A DNA stretch of 64,000 bases from assembly GCF_035594765.1 (NCBI RefSeq), contig NC_085846.1, positions 20,323,190-20,387,189 on the forward strand, given 5' to 3'. Positions 61,557 through 64,000 of this stretch are shown here, in pieces (the first letter of the stretch is position 1; every line of letters begins with the position of its first letter). The DNA is from Anolis carolinensis. Its lineage: Eukaryota. The notes under the pieces were generated by a model. The model did no database searches, was not told the origin of the DNA, and saw only the letters and a program-made list of their open reading frames with translations. A program made the translations under genes and the position numbers.

Positions 61557-62965
61557 TTTTTATGGCAGGAATTTCATTTTGTAAACTCTTGATTTTCCCT
61601 TTAATGCCTTTAAATAAACACTTTCCTTGGACTCAATTCCCAGCTCAGATTTTTCTCTATAGATTTCATATGAGTAACCTTTGAACATAAGTGCAAGTGT
61701 GTAGCATCTATATCTGCTAATGTACTCCAGTAGTGAACAAAGTACAGTACATGGGCTACATGGCCCCCAAAGTCATTTTGTGATCACCTTGGCACCGCCA
61801 AAGACTATTTTTTCCTGTCACTTTTGTGTATCATTTCATATTGTAAAAATATCTCAGGGATCTAAAACTTTGGTGTAAATGTTTCCTCTCTCTCGAAGCT
61901 TTTGGGGGCATTTGGTGGCAAAGAAAAATGTTTTTGTGTGTGTTTGGCACTGCTCCCCAAAATCTCCTAGGTGGGCTAATAGAACTTCCTTGTAAAACTT
62001 CAACTCCCTGGAGTCCATAGTGTTGATCTCTATTTAGTTATCTGAAATATCAGGATCTGTTTGGGTGTGCCAGCTCCAATGTTTCCCAATCAAGACACAC
62101 AGTGATAAGGGTGGCATCAGAGGTTGATTGCTACAGCTGGCCAAGGAAGAATGTCATGGGAATTTTCCAGATTTAACATGCCTTCCATTTACAGACATCA
62201 GTATTTTATAGATCTTAGAGAATAACAGACATTACTCTGATTGGTACAAATTACAATCCACTGCATTATTAATTTGATATGCTTTCATTGCTGTCATGTT
62301 TTACAGCTTGTGAATGGCAGGGTGTGTATGACAGGATTTTAATACGTTTTCATTGGAGGAAAACTTGAGTTTCAGCCTGGAGGGGACTTCCCAGGTAGGA
62401 AATGTGGACAATGGAGGTATTGATTACTATCAAAGTGGAATGGCCCTAAGACGATGGCCGATGGGATTTCCTAGCTCCCTCGGTGAAACAATGGAGAGTA
62501 GAACTGTGGTGATGAGCCTGGACCCAACTTTAAGTGGAATTCATTGTGCCCTTGTATGACATTGACCAACTAGCAATCTGTTTGATTATCTGCATTCTGA
62601 TCTCAGTTCTGAGTGGCTAGGCTGAAGAGGAGATTCTGGAATCTTGAGTCTTATTATGTGGAGATGGGGAAAAAAAGAAAATGTGGCAGTGCTGCTCAGT
62701 GGGGGGTAACTTGAGGTCATTTACTTGAAATTCTATTTTTGGGATTCAAGTGTCAGATAACAATAACATTAAGCTATGGGAGTTAAAAATAGTGTCAAAC
62801 GTCATTAATTCTATAGTGTAGTTGCACAATTAGAGATGGTTGGAAGTTCTTTGTCTTACCCATTGAATTTCAGGTAGAAATTGAAATGCATTAAGCTTTC
62901 CATGTTATGCACACTTACCAATAATTTATTTACTCATTACAACCATTACTTTCTTTACTTTATAG

Positions 62966-63560
62966 CAGTGGTTCCCAATCTGTGGGACCACCACTAATCC
63001 CCAAGAATTAAAATATGGTCTGCGGCCTCGCTGTTACTATACTGTTGCAACAAGAGTGACCAGTCTCATGAAACCCTCTTATAGTGTTGAAACAGCAGGG
63101 ATGTCAAGGGGGGAAAGGCTGACTACCCATGAAAGGCATAACAAGAACCCTCCTGACTGTTGCTTCTCCTCTTCCTCCGTCCCCCTGAGCAGAGCCATTC
63201 CATGTGGCACCTGGAAGCGGGGACATCTTGGTGCCTTTGTTTTTAGGCCTATTCCTGGGGTTATTTGGGGTGCTGATTCAGAAAATTGCATTGGATAGAC
63301 CACATCAGCTCAAAATTATTAAAAATGACTTTCTCTGGCCGAGCAGATGGTGACTACTGGGTGGCATTTGTTCTTTATTAGAAACTAGAGCTGATGTGGT
63401 CTATCCAATGCAATTTTCTGGATCAGCACCCCACATAACCAAACTGAACTGACCAAAAACTGATTTGTAAACCCTTTGGTACTAATGTTGGAGTGTGGTT
63501 CCTGGTCAAAGTGGTCTCTGGTCAAGTGGTCCCTGAACAAAAAAATGTTGGGAACCACTG
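62966..63560. mobile_element. hAT-type non-autonomous DNA element
   Basis: TIR CAGTGGTTCCCAA / TTGGGAACCACTG; imperfect TSD ctttatag/cttatag. Confidence 0.75.
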
Positions 63561-64000
63561 CTTATAGCAACTGAATCAGTAACCGCTGTGAAATTTACAG
63601 CTGCCTTTAGATAGATTTTTGTTCAGCTGAGTTCCATGTTGCTGAAGAGACTGCTGAAGTCATCTTTTATTGTTCCTTAGCAACCAAGGGTTGCATCTAC
63701 ACTGTAGAATTAATGCTGTTTGACATCACTTTAATTGCCATGGTTCAATGCTATGGGATCTTGGGATTTGTAGTTTGATGAGCCACCAGCATTCTTTGGC
63801 AGACCTTGTAAAACCGAAATACCCATTGTTCCAGAGTATTGTGTTATGGCAATTAATGTAGTGTTACCTGTTTATAGAATATACCCTGTTTATATTTGTT
63901 AGAAACATCTTTGTTCCATTTTTAAAAAATCAGGGAACTGCTTCTGATACTTACCAGGAAATTCTGAGCCATTGCAAAGATAAGGGATATAGAGGAATAA

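Overview
Vertebrate genomic DNA from a squamate reptile, most likely an Anolis lizard (inferred from Sauria SINEs and the Penelope, Vingi, R4 and MITE families present). 1-14.5 kb is a dense nest of transposons: non-autonomous Helitrons carrying SINE, Penelope and MITE cargo, Penelope ends with minimal hammerhead-ribozyme motifs, and a Vingi-type RT fragment. It also holds two CpG-rich promoter candidates. 14.8-30.0 kb (+) holds a 13-coding-exon gene that I assembled by hand from GT-AG sites with consistent phases (about 1301 aa). It encodes five LOTUS/OST-HTH-like domains, a long Ser/Pro-rich tail with a 16-aa tandem repeat, and a C-terminal CaaX box (KKLDSCVIL*). I see no Tudor, NYN or RRM domain, so it does not match the vertebrate LOTUS proteins I know (TDRD5, TDRD7, MARF1); this is the main candidate for an undescribed system, possibly a prenylated membrane-anchored RNP-granule scaffold. 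Convergent with it on the - strand are an intact six-exon V2R vomeronasal receptor (872 aa) and three intact olfactory receptors, two with candidate upstream exons and O/E plus homeodomain promoter motifs. There is a 143-nt assembly gap at 56714-56856. All family assignments come from recognition by eye; no database search was run.
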